From the NCBI RefSeq assembly GCF_902652985.1, contig NC_047015.1:38440001-38504000 (forward strand): a stretch of 64,000 bases of DNA, written 5' to 3'. Every line of letters begins with the position of its first letter. Positions within the stretch are counted from its first letter, which is position 1. Position numbers and translations under genes: made by a program. The notes under the pieces are model-generated. The model worked only from the letters and a program-made list of their open reading frames with translations. It was not told the origin of the DNA and searched no databases. This DNA comes from Pecten maximus (lineage: Eukaryota). Shown here in pieces: positions 24,277 through 36,700 of this stretch.

Positions 24277-25526
24277 TTTTTAGGTCACCTGAGACGAAGT
24301 GACCTATTCTAATCGCCTTTTGTCCGTCGTCTTCCGTCGTGCGTCCGTAAACTTTTTACATTTTCGACTTCTTCTCCAAAACCACTGAACAAAATTCAAT
24401 GAAATTTGGCAGAAAGTTACTATGGCTGAAGGTCAACCAAAATTGTGAATTATATGGTCCCCACCCCCCAGGGGCCTGAGGGGTGGGGCCAAAAAGGGTC
24501 AAATTGACTTTAACTTCAAAAATCTTCTCTACTCTCAGATATGGTGGAGTCACAAACTCTTTATAGATGAAAGGGTCTTGTGGTGCTTTACCAAAAATTG
24601 TGAATTGCATGACCCTGGGGTCTCACGTTTGCCCCTGGGGAGGGGGTAAACTTTACTATAGTTTATATAGAGAAATCACATTTTTGACTATTATTTATTG
24701 GATTTGTATTGGAATTTATTCTAACCTGGTTAATATTATCAGTGTTGGATAACAGTTTGATAGTACGCATATGTTGGCCCTGACTGACCCCCAGGGGCTG
24801 ATGAGCGGGGCTAAAAAGTGTCACATTGACTGAAATTTAAAAAATCTTCTTCTCTACTCTCATATTTGGTAGAATCAAAAACTCTCCATAGATGGAAGGG
24901 TCTTATGGTGGTTTACCAAAATTGTGAATTTAATGACACTGGGGTCTCGTGTTTTGCCCCTGGGGAGGGAGTAAACTTTACTTTAGTTTATATAGGGAAA
25001 TCACATTTTTGGCTATTATTTATTAGATTTGTATTGGAATTTATTCAAACCTGGTTAACATTATCAGCGTTTGATAACAGTTTGATAGTACGCATATGTT
25101 GGCCCTGACTGACCTCAGGGGCTGATGGGCGGGGCTAAAAGGGTCAAATTGACTGAAATTTCAAAATCTTATTCTCAATACCTTTATAAGATAGAATCAA
25201 ACACTTTTCATAGAAGGAATGGTTTTATGGTGTTTTACTTAAATTGTGAATTTCATGACCCTGCGGTTTCACATTTGCCCCTTGGGAGAGAGTAAACTTT
25301 GCAATAGTTTATATAGGGAATTCATATTTTTGACAATCATTTGTTTTATGTCTATTGGAATTCATTTTAACTTTCTTAAAATTATCAGCAAGGGATGTCA
25401 GCTTAATATGCACATGTTGGCCCTGACTGACCCCAAGGACTGATGGGTGGGGCCAAAAAGGGTCAATTACATTAACTGAAATATTTCAAATCTCAGGTGA
25501 CCGTTAAGGCCCGTTGGGCCTCTTGT
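24277..25526 (+). mobile_element. Full-length HINE with ~3 internal ~325-bp tandem repeats
   Basis: subTIR aggtcacctgag / ctcaggtgacc, 5' IR and gtcc/gtc microsatellite, 3' palindrome aggcccgttgggcct-cttgt. Confidence 0.88.
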
Positions 25527-28500
25527 AATGTGTTAAAAGAATAGCTACAACTTTAAACTTATAAAGCTCTTTATCACATTATTTTTTTGTGTTGCCAGCA
25601 GGTGGCATATAGGTATCACTATATCAGAGGCACTGTTGATGTCGTCATTGTCCACACAGATATTTCCATGCGATAACTCAAGTTCCCTTGATAACTCAAC
25701 ATAATGCAGATCTTCCTCATCAAAAGTGCTCGCTTGGGATTTCTTCTTAGATCTGAAGGTCACAGGTCAAGGTCATTGTAACTAAAAATAGAAAATTTTC
25801 CCCATGAGATAACTCGGTTTCCTTGGACTGATAAAACCCAAACTTCATGCAGGTATTCCTTACTGAAAGTGCTTCCTTGGGATTGCCTTTCAGGTCTGAA
25901 GGTCAAGGTCGTATATGTCACTGTTACTAAATACAGAAAATTCATTTCCTTGTGATCAGTTCCTTTCGGCCCATCAAACCAAATTTCCATCCAGTTTTTC
26001 CTTACTACAAGTGCTTGGATGGGATTGTATTTTTACTGGCCCAAGGGTCAAGGTCACTGAAACTATAAATAGAAAAATCAGTTTCCATGCAATAAATCCA
26101 GTTCTCTTGGGCTGATCAAGTTTAACTTTTTTGAGGTGCTGTTTTACCGAAAGATCCTGCTCTGTATTGCTGAATTTCGAGCATATTTGAGTGATGCTGA
26201 TCTTGCTTACTTTTAAAATGATTTCTTGTAGTGAAAAATATATCTATTTCTTCATGACCACCCAACTTACTGCGCAGGTGACACATCCACTTTTGGGAAT
26301 TTTGCTTTAATCATTGAATGCGTATCATGGCAAGAACAAATATAATGCGTTATCTCACATGTGACATGAACAGCCTTTTATAATATGCATACCATTTACG
26401 GATTACATTTGATTGTATACACTCCAGCAAAACAAATTACATATTGATATTGCCTCGAACAACATAACATATGACTATATAGAATGTGAATAGGAAGATG
26501 TATATAACTTTTAAAACAAGAGGATCAATAAAACTCCGTATTTCAAGGCAGCCATACTAGTTCTTCATGTATACATATTAAAAGTATTTGTTTAATAACT
26601 GCAATTAATACCACACTATGTACCAGTATATCAATTTGATTGATCTGATGTAACAAATCCAATTCTTTTCTTTTGTGAGTACAGGTACAAATAATACAAC
26701 CAGATGTTTTTTTATACTAAATCAAAATATTTATTAGATTTTATTTCTATAATATAAAACAGCATGCAAATACAGAAACATGTACATATTTTGACAAAAA
26801 ATGTCATGTACATGTATTTCTACATTACCTACATACATACATACAGGTATTATTGGATTGATATACTGCTGCTGTGGGATCGCTCTGGTGTTCCTGCATC
26901 AGATTCGAATAATTCTGAAGCATTAAAATGGTGAATTTCACTTTTGTCATTTGATAACTATATAAACAAAAAGAAAATTTATCAAATTGTGGAATCTTTT
27001 TCTGTTATGAAGGATCTATACCATTTCCTGTTATCTAGTACATTGTAGATGTAAGATGATTTATAATATACACATGAATTGCATTATCTGCCCTCATTGC
27101 ATTGGCTGTCGAGCTATCACTTGACAAAGTGAAATGAAGGGAAGTAACTCTGATAGGGAAGAACTAGGCACATTCCTGACACACTGACCTCATATTAGAT
27201 ATTCATAATAACAGATTATGGCGTGTGGGTTGGGAATTTTCACCGAGCTCCTTGGATAACAGTCACAAGTTTCCAGGCTCGGCTAGGTACACTGTCACCA
27301 AGTTCCTTGGATAACGGTCACAACTTTCCAGGCTCAGCTAGGTACACTGTATGTGTATAGAGCAGCAGTACAATAAGTTTTATAATTTTTGGCAGGTTAC
27401 TTGCTGTACAACTATACAACCATGATCCTCTGGTAAACACAAAACATAATGTCACAACCAGAACAAAATTGACAATTCTTCAATAAAATGCTCTTGGTAG
27501 GGTATTTATCCAACAGAAAATGGAGTGAACTGAGTGGTTTTCTGTAAAAAATCCATTTGTTTGGCAATTACAGGGGACCTTATTAAAATTTTCAGATATA
27601 TCAAGTTTCTTTTACATTTTGAGCTATTTGACTTTCAATCAGTTTAATATAATGATCACAGGAAAGGGCTGTGTTATTAAATGACAGGAGCATACAGAAA
27701 TTTTTTTATCTAATACAGAAAATTTTTATAGGATTTTTCATATCGCAGCTGTTTTAGATTAACAAGTACATCTCAATCTGTACACTTTTACTTAGTATGA
27801 ATCTGAATGTTATTCAATGATTTATTTTCATGACACAACACTTTTCAATTTACCCAGTGTAAGATATGCAGTAAAGTGGATACTATGGTTCCTGGAAGTG
27901 CACAATCATTGCTGAATGCAAAACGTGTTAGATAGCTTATATTTTTAACTGTGTTCAACTGCATATAGCGAAAAAGCAAGCATTAGCAAATTTTTCTTGG
28001 GCTTATGGTCCCATGTCATGATAAAATACATATAATATCGATCCATATGCGTAAATTTATAGAGATACTAAAATATTAAGTACCTACAAGTATTCAAAAC
28101 AGTAAAAACAGTTTTTTACCAAACACCTTAGCTATAAGGTACACCTATTACATATTGTTCAAGAACCAACAAATTCACATGTTTTACACTGTAATCTATG
28201 TACACCCAAAATAAGTTCCATATTGGATTGACTGACCCTTTGATCTCCATCAAATTGAGTTTTTGTCAAGCAATTGGAAAGACTTTCATGACCTGCATGA
28301 CATTTACTAGTGTACAGTATTATGAAATATTACAATTAAAAAGTAGACAAACCAGACTTGTTCGACTCGAAGGAATCACAACACTAAATTGATATGTCAA
28401 GAGAAATAACTCTGGATTCCACAGGTTCACACATTCCTTTGTAGTTGACTAGTAACACCTTGACTTTCCACATCTTTTTTTTCTTCATTTAGCTTATTAT

Positions 28501-28549
28501 GCTAGTCAATATATTATATAAATATCTCTATAACAAAACAAACACAACA

Positions 28550-28729
28550 CTATGATCCCTCTTGTGTAATGAGCATATTGCTGCAGAAGAATGCAAACAG
28601 GTAGACAGAGAAGTCCTCATATATTCCTGCTACGTTGCCCATGATTTTATTATAGGTGGCGATCACCTCCGGTTTTAAACCACACAACATCAAGGCACTA
28701 GACATTGCTGTTCCTTTGTAGGGCATATC
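28550..28729 (-). CDS. CAMLG: CAMLG exon 4 (last coding exon)
   Basis: ttccag|DMPYKGTAMSSALMLCGLKPEVI...LITQEGS-TAG. Confidence 0.88.
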   Translation of the reverse strand, partial: DMPYKGTAMSSALMLCGLKPEVIATYNKIMGNVAGIYEDFSVYLFAFFCSNMLITQEGS

Positions 28730-31700
28730 CTGGAAACAGATAAACACAATTACATACTTTTCAATTTTAGTCTGAATGATTCAACGTAGCAAGCAATTCA
28801 GACTAGCATTAGCTACGTAAATGTACCCTTGTAGAGCTCTTTCTAAAGTCTTTTAAAACTGTTGTTAAAATTATTAAGTTAATTACATACAATCATACCT
28901 AAATTCTCTTTGTTATATAACCTACATGTTAACAAAAATGTATCTCAATATTTCTCCTTCATATAACGACAGATGATAGAAGAATACATTTATCATTACC
29001 AAACAGTAGTCAGATGTATATACTGCTGTTAAAATTGAAATAAATATTCCAGGGATCACAACTAAACAAGAATTGCCACCTGTGAGAGGGTTGAAATTTG
29101 GTATTCTTTTTTAAAAAAAACATGTAAAAGGTCATGGTCAGCAGGTCTGCAAATGTAGTACCAAAGTAAAGGCCTAGTCACAAGGAACACGCATGTCAAA
29201 TACCTAGGCAGCATTTTGATTAGTATTAGTATTAACACTGTTATATAAGTTTAACCTAGCTGTCTATGGATGGATTATAGCAAAATTAAAGCTCCCCTTT
29301 ACTTGTCCAGGCAAGCTAAAAATCAATGCTGAAATTTGTTTTACAGGTTGACATAATGAAACCACAAATATAATATGAAACTGAATTATAAATCAATTAA
29401 GGGGAAAGCTTAGAGTTTTACCTTGACAAATGTCATCTTGTAGTAATACAATGCTCCCTGTAGTACTGCAAATGGTAGGATGATTGTCTGAAAAGGAAAG
29501 CAAAGTAGGTTTTTCACTTTGAGAGAATATGATATTGTCAGGAAATAATGAAACGATTGTCATGAAAAATCTATCAGTCACTATTTACTTTGTTGCAAAA
29601 AATACTATGCTTTTTAATGATAATTTTCTCGATATTGACCACAGGAAAACAAAAAGAGGCAGTAATTGTATATTACACTGTATAAAACACTCCATCTTTT
29701 AATTTGTAAGTAATTAATATGGAACAGCATCAAATTTTACCTGAAAATAAAAGAGACCTATCCCCAATTGCAGCACAACTCTGGACAGAATTGCAACAAA
29801 AACACAGCCGGCCAGCCTAAGGAGATTAAGCTGGTGCTGTGGAGATCGCTCTGAAGTGGACTTTAGTTGGGAGTCTTCAACAGATGATGGCACTTTACTA
29901 GATTTTTTACTGTCTGATGGTATCGATGATTGCTGAATCTTAACTGTGTTCCTTGTAGCTCTGTGACGTAAATTGTCTGTATCCGATTGTGAAGAATGAA
30001 GTCTGTCAGGGGTCTGAATGCATGGTGTGGAAGTATTTTCTCCAGCTCCAATATTTACAGTGTTACCAAGGATAACAGTTTCTATGTCCGGGTCTCTGGT
30101 CTTATTATTGGATAGATCTAATATATCAGCATCATCATTTTTCTTTTCTTTAGTGACTGCAGGTGTTACATCATTGTTTGCGTGAATTTCCTGCTGTGCT
30201 GGTGCTGGTTCTTGAACTTTAAAATTATTTACGGCACTGGCTGTTTTTGATGTCAAATCATCACCTAAAAAATCAACAGAAAATTGATGTACAAACAATG
30301 TATATATAAGTAATAAACCTTGAGGAAAACCTTATCTTCAAACCATAACTTGATTCCTTGATAATTAAAGTTTGACTTACTGGTATACTGTATTTGTGCA
30401 CATTTACCATGCAACACTGTCTTCAAAACACTGTTGACCTGCCATTTAGTAAGTGACGGTTCAACTAATCACCGAATCGGAGCACAATGGACCAAAAAGA
30501 CCAAATATCATCTATTTTGTTTTTCTTCCTACAAATAGTTTAAATCAAGAAAACTATATAAGTTTATTTTTTCCCCAAAACCTGTTATACTGTAAAAGTA
30601 CTTATTTTAGCGCAGTCAAATTTTAGCGCAAACACGGAAAATTGTAAAATATGATTTATTAGCGTGGACGGGAATTAGCGCAGTCGTCCCGACTACGCTA
30701 AAAAAAATCCGGAAAATATTTCAGTTCTAAAATTAGGCACTGACAGACGACCCGTGTTCTAAAATTAGACATCGACTAAACATGCGACCACTGATAGATG
30801 TATGAATAGACGACCCGTGTTCTACAGATAAGTCACTAGTGAACTGTTTTCATTAAAATTACATGTGAGTTGTAGTTGTTATGTTATTTATTATCTTCCC
30901 AAAGCCGATTTCAGTATTCTGAATTTCACCATGTTGAAAAGATGGTTAGTGTTGGCTGTCAATTCCCCACCGCCATCGGCAACTTTATCAGAGGTGTTGG
31001 TAATAAAAGTTGAGTTTACAGAGAGTATTTTTTTGTGATTAGTCTAAACAAACATTCTATCCAGCTATTGGGCTGTTCTACGACTTCAATAGGGCATATC
31101 AGGTATTACCTGTGTTGGATATATTCCCCCTGTTTGATACCAATGGAATATTCTAGCTAGTAGTGGTATCGACAAATGATGGCCGCCGGCTTGCATTGAC
31201 TACCGTTATACGTAATTTAAATTCAAAATTTTAGCGCTGTACATGAATTAGCGTTCCACAAAGAGCGCGAAAAGTGCTAAAATTAAACTACCGCTAAAAT
31301 AAGTACGTTTACAGTATTTAATACAAGAATACATTATTTACAAATTATAAGCGGTAAACTATCTGGCAGGTCAACAGTTTATCCATATATATAAGGCAGG
31401 TGTTATGTCACACCCGATTTAATTGTGTTTGCACCAAATCTTAGCGACACCAAACAGTGTTGGAGAGTTCCACATTTTCGTGTAGTAGTGCGTTCTTGCC
31501 CTACACTACTTCAGCTAGCTAAAGGTCTCTGGCTATTTTTTGGTTCTGATGCCAACTGACCTTCAGCAACCGAACCCTATTTGACACTGTGCAAGTTCTG
31601 CCCTAAAATCAGGGTGGAAAGAAAGAGAAGATAATATCGGTATTTATTACATTTTTACCAGTGAAATATCAAAAATTATTCAATCTATAAAAGTGATATT

Positions 31701-33187
31701 TTTCACTAGTGAAAAATATCACTTTTGCTGATTTGACCAATCAAATTAATGATTAGAAAATACCAAAATAATTGACCAATCAGAGAGCCCGACATATATC
31801 TCAGCACCTGGACAGGGGGAGCTATATTTTTTACTTACAAATGATCGCTGTAGGCCTAGTTAGCATATACGGGCCGGGGGTAGGTTTTTCGTTGATAAAA
31901 AATGTAATAAACAGAATATCTAACAGTGTCTTCAGTAATACCAAATATATTTCACTCGTGTGGCTAATATTTTGATATTTTTCACTCGTGCTGCTCACGA
32001 GTGAAAAATATCAAAATATTAGCCACACGAGTGAAATATATTTGGTATTACTGAAGACACTTAGATATCCTCTATTCATAAGTCTAAACTTGGTGGTGTA
32101 ATTACAGTTTAGGTATTATATATATATCCCATTTATACAGTCCAATCACTATTTCACACCAAATTCATAATACTTGACACAAAACAAGTTGGTTGTAAAA
32201 AATACAGAATGTGTGTACCAAGTGGAACACATATATAAAGTACAAAGGTTATAGCTTTTGGTTTGTTTTTTGCTTTATATTTCATTTTTGTATTTACCGC
32301 GCTGCCATTTTCAATCCGAGTTGTTACCGGAATGAAGCCTGGAAATGTAAATAATATAGTGATTGTGTGTCTTTGAGTGCTATTTTAGTGGATTAAATGA
32401 TGGATTCATGAAAACAGGCAATAGCATGACATTGTTAAACACTCAACGTAAATAAGCTACTTGACATCATTAAAATTCTGATGCAATCTGTGCAGTGTAA
32501 ATCCATCTTGGGAAGTTAGAGGTTACACGGCACCTGTCACATCTCGCCATGTTATCCTCTAACATTGTTGGAGTAGCGTCCTACACCAGACATACATGTA
32601 CAAAGTGTATATGATATCAGGGCCAGAGGAAACACGGGCTAACATGAAGCATTTACATGTACAATGACCAAGCCATTTCACAAGCTGTACTGGTTTTCCA
32701 TACCATTCAGTATCAAATCAACCGTGACATGGAACATATATGGGGAACCTGGCATGTTACTATCTAGAAATGAAAAATCACAAGAGAATTCTGAATAATG
32801 TAGCTATAGGCGCAAGTGTCTTTGCTGGTTGCGTCATAAATACATTAGTTAGCGACTAATATGCAGCAGTCGTTTGTATCCTTATTTTATGTTCCTGGGT
32901 GTTGTAAAATGAACGCACTGTACTGTATATTCTATATATCTGTATACAATGTAATAGCCAATACCGTATGCTAAATTTAGATAAAATCAACCAACCTTCC
33001 AGGCCTTTATCTATCTTAAATAATAATATATGAAAATATACCAAATGGACATGTTCATCATATAAGAAAACAAAAGTTTCAGCACACCTTCGGTGTCTTT
33101 AAGCCCGTACAATATATTCATGCGTTTTTCGCGGTTCTGCAATATCTTTCTACTTCTTGCTTCTCTTCGTGCTTCGATGTCCGCCAT
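28550..33187 (-). CDS. CAMLG: CAML / GET2-family ER tail-anchored protein insertase subunit (~289 aa); complement(join 33088..33187, 29741..30264, 29422..29487, 28550..28729)
   Basis: Basic N-terminal motif EARREARSRKILQNREKRMNILYG (TRC40/GET3-binding type), a long low-complexity linker, then C-terminal hydrophobic segments LLRLAGCVFVAILSR, TIILPFAVLQ, SALMLCGLKPEVI and EDFSVYLFAFF typical of CAML. Four in-frame GT-AG exons. Confidence 0.88.
29422..29487 (-). CDS. CAMLG: CAMLG exon 3
   Basis: tttcag|TIILPFAVLQGALYYYKMTFVK|gtaaaa; 66 nt. Confidence 0.85.
29741..30264 (-). CDS. CAMLG: CAMLG exon 2
   Basis: ttttag|GT GAT GAT...GIGLFYFQ|gtaaaa; lies in the 194-aa ORF. Confidence 0.88.
30590..31314. 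mobile_element. Tc1/mariner-type MITE (725 bp) nested inside element A in CAMLG intron 1
   Basis: ta|ctgtaaaagtacttattttagcg ... cgctaaaataagtacgtttacag|ta; the flanks rejoin to match the uninterrupted A copy at ~12.23-12.28 kb. Confidence 0.88.
31647..32074 (+). mobile_element. Palindrome-rich non-autonomous element, family unassigned
   Basis: 38-bp perfect palindrome at 31689-31726 and perfect 66-bp inverted arms at 31925-31990/31996-32061; second partial copy at 1181-1414. Confidence 0.8.
33088..33187 (-). CDS. CAMLG: CAMLG exon 1
   Basis: aaaATGGCGGAC...MADIEARREARSRKILQNREKRMNILYGLKDTE G|gtgtgc. Confidence 0.88.
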
Positions 33188-33647
33188 TTTGAAAAAGTCG
33201 TATTACCTTTTAGTTTCGGATTATTTCTGATACATTTTTATACATCTTCCATGCAATTTGTTCAATTCATATACTTATGTTCGAAATAGATTTAAACAAT
33301 TAAAATGCTACATGTGTTGGAATTCATTTTTTTTCTTATTTTTGTCAAATGAAAACAAATTTACGAAAATACAGTCAATATATTACTGTTAACTTCCGCC
33401 ATAATGTAACTTTCATTTTGTGAACTTGCTGTCAAAAACGTGAACATGCCTGTCAAACACTTTCAAGGATAATCTTATGCTAAAGTACAGCTAAACACCA
33501 TAGAACAAAAATAATTAGCATTAACATGGGTAGGGATTTGACATAATTTGTTTCAGTTCCAGTTCCAAGGAAATCCAAAATTTACGAAGAAACCTTCAGA
33601 TTGGCATTGATCACCAGCATTGACAACTTGCTGGAAACGGTGTAAGC
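33181..33647. promoter_or_regulatory. Probable bidirectional promoter shared by CAMLG and SLC25A16
   Basis: Only 460 nt separate the divergent ATGs. YY1-type CCGCCATTTT overlaps the CAMLG start (33181-33190) and CCGCCAT occurs near 33396. Confidence 0.55.
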
Positions 33648-33708
33648 ATGTCCGATGCTATACAGTCCCACTCTCTCAATCATTTGACGAAGAAACTTTT
33701 TGCTGGAG
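33648..33708 (+). CDS. SLC25A16: SLC25A16 exon 1
   Basis: MSDAIQSHSLNHLTKKLFAG G|gtatgt. Confidence 0.85.
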
Positions 33709-36700
33709 GTATGTTATATATTTAACAATCGGTCATATAAACTTTCTTGAATTTCCGTGTTTATTCTTGCGTCCATTTTACTAATTGAACTACCATTATG
33801 CAAGAGAGCGGGAGGCTTACCATACAGGCATACTGAAAAGTCAAACTTGCACTCAGGATCAATGGGGTCTTCTTACTCCTTGTCTGTCTGATTTATATTG
33901 GATATTAAGGCTTGTTTGCAAATGTATCAATGTACTTACTTTAGTCAAATATAGTGTATATGTATAGGACATCAGATTACTTAACAATTTAATGTTTAGC
34001 TGAAATAAATTCACACTAGTTGATTATTACAGTTATGATTTATTATGAATTGCAATGGATACAGACTCAAAAGCTTCTGTATCCATATTAATCATAATGA
34101 TATCATGCAATTCCCATGTGGTAGGCTATTGAACTTTGCATACACAAGTGACCTCAATTGAGAATTCCATAGAATTTAAAAACATTACATGTCTCCAAAA
34201 CTAAAATGAATCGACTGCAGTCATTATTATGATATTTTAAAGTAAATGTGATTTTAAACCTAGAATATTTCTGTGTTATTTCAGGTGCTGCTGGTTGCTG
34301 TGCTAAAACTGTGGTTGCTCCTCTTGACAGAATTAAAATTCTGCTGCAAGCTCATAACCACCATTACAAACATTTAGGTAACAATTCCTTTTGTTTTCTG
34401 TTTGTTTATGCTGAAGCAAACAATTACTTTTGTCTGAGTAGAGTAATCAAACTAATTTATATCATCAAATTTTTTATGCATACAAGAATAGGTTAAATCA
34501 TTTTGTGTTCCTCAGCTACACTATGGTTTCTTTAAACAAGTAGTCTGAGGAGCCTGCTTACAGAATTTGGATAAAGTTCTGAGTTGAAGAGCATTCAAAT
34601 TCCACACTGACTATTTGATAAATATATCAATGTTAACCTTAATAGGATTAATTAATCAAATAATTAATTATTATTGAAAATTTGTTAACTGTTGCGAAAC
34701 CCCCAAAATAAGTTTCAATGTTAATGTGCTGACACATGATTATAATTGCATCATTTAATTTGTCTTTCTTGCTCAGACTTTCATGATTATAACTCTAAAG
34801 AGAATACAGCTACATTCTTAAATAACTTTAAATTAAAATAGATAGTTTTGTATATGATGAAACAATGTATGTGTTTTAGGTGTGATTTCATCATTACGAC
34901 AAGTCAAGAACAAAGAAGGTTTTTTCAGCTTGTATAAAGGAAATGGAGTACATATGCTCAGGGTGTTTCCATATGCTGCAATCCAATTCACTTCATTTGA
35001 TCTCTTCAAGAAGGTAATATATTCAGCAATTAAGTTCTGCTTAAAGCTTCAATATACATATACCCATCATTTGGCAAATTTTCATGATTTACTAGAGTAA
35101 CTATTTTTTGTTGCTATGTTAATAGATGCATTTTTGTTTGCACTTTTCTTCTGTTTCTACCCAATTCTACATTCATTTATCACTGTTATCCATGACTTGA
35201 TTACTCAACAGTTGATATTCCAGTTTTTGGCAGTCAATCAGTATGTACAGAGCATATAACGGGCCCTCCCTGATCTGGTGTCTGTAAAATCTACGTTGTA
35301 CAGATATTAACATCTTATGACATTGTGGAAATAACACTACGGAAATTTAAAGTCTCATACAGCATTCTTTTTTCTCCCCATCTCTCTCAATGGTGATCAC
35401 CATTGGAAAAAATAATGATAAGAAATTAGATGCTGAAAACATGGGTATTTCCGTTAGGGTTTAATTTCGCGATTTTAATAGGTAAACTATATAGGCAAGG
35501 TGGTTATTAATATTTCTATGAATATTTCTTTTTCACCAGTTACATAAATACCATAAACCAAGTACAGATCACAAAATAATTTGTGTCTGGGAAGTTTTCA
35601 CTGCCAAATGGCCTTCCTGTATCTAGCATAAGTTACCCTCTCGTGTTTTCCACATTTACAGTACATGTTATCTATTTATCTTTGCAACAGGGATTGAGAC
35701 ATCTACATGGCGATGGTCATGTCCATCTAATTAGACTGACATCTGGTTCACTGGCAGGTATGGCAATTTGTATAGGTTATATTGATTGTGATAAGTATGA
35801 AGTTATCCTGTTGAATTACACAGATTTTGACAAACAAACGGATGTACAATAAAAGAGTGCAATATCTTACTTTATATCTCTTTATGTGAAACACAAGGTG
35901 TGCCCACTGACATTTACAATCAAACCCTCCCTAACACTACCAAGCACTATTTATGTTTGGCACGCTTTGCTTGTGTGCAATATTCCATGAGCCCAAATAT
36001 GGGGTAATTAAAAACCCTACAAATATTATCAACTGTACCCTACCAGCTAAATTTTTGTCTTGTAAAAATCATTAAATTTTACACTCTTATATAAGCATTA
36101 CGAAAATACTTCCTCACCATTTTTATTGCTTAATTCACAGAATTTCTGAATCAATTTTAAGTTAATAATATTTTAGTTGAAAAACCCTGTTATACTGATA
36201 TGTATGTTATGGTTTACCCTCAGATTAGGTAATAGATTGTCTCTAGCCCATTACAAAGAATATTGATACTCGGTATACAGGCCAATTGTACCTCTGTTCC
36301 AGGCCTAACGGCAGTACTGTTTACATATCCACTAGACGTTGTGCGGGCCAGACTAGCATTCCAGGTGTCGGGGGAGCATATCTACACTGGTTTGGTGGAT
36401 GCTTTCCGCTCCATAACGTTCCATGAGGGCGGGGTCCCAGCTCTGTACCGAGGCATGGTACCCACATTACTTGGCATGGTGCCCTATGCTGGTATGTGAA
36501 GATGATGATAAATAAAAAACAAACTACAAAAGTGCTTGTATTAGGTTTAAATTAGCGTATAAGATGTCTCACTGCAGTTAATATACATGTATAAAGTACA
36601 AAGACCCATACCAACATGACAAATGGTTTTATAGGTAAAAGTAAGTGTATCAGCTGACTATGGCAATGAACACGTTTAAATTGCAAAATTTCATAAAATG

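Noticed and set aside
24356-26115. Cluster of 60-84 aa ORFs (also 18160-18532, 52130-52526, 13162-13661)
   Set aside because: They lie within HINE/MITE sequence and have no transposase, Rep/helicase or other domain motifs.
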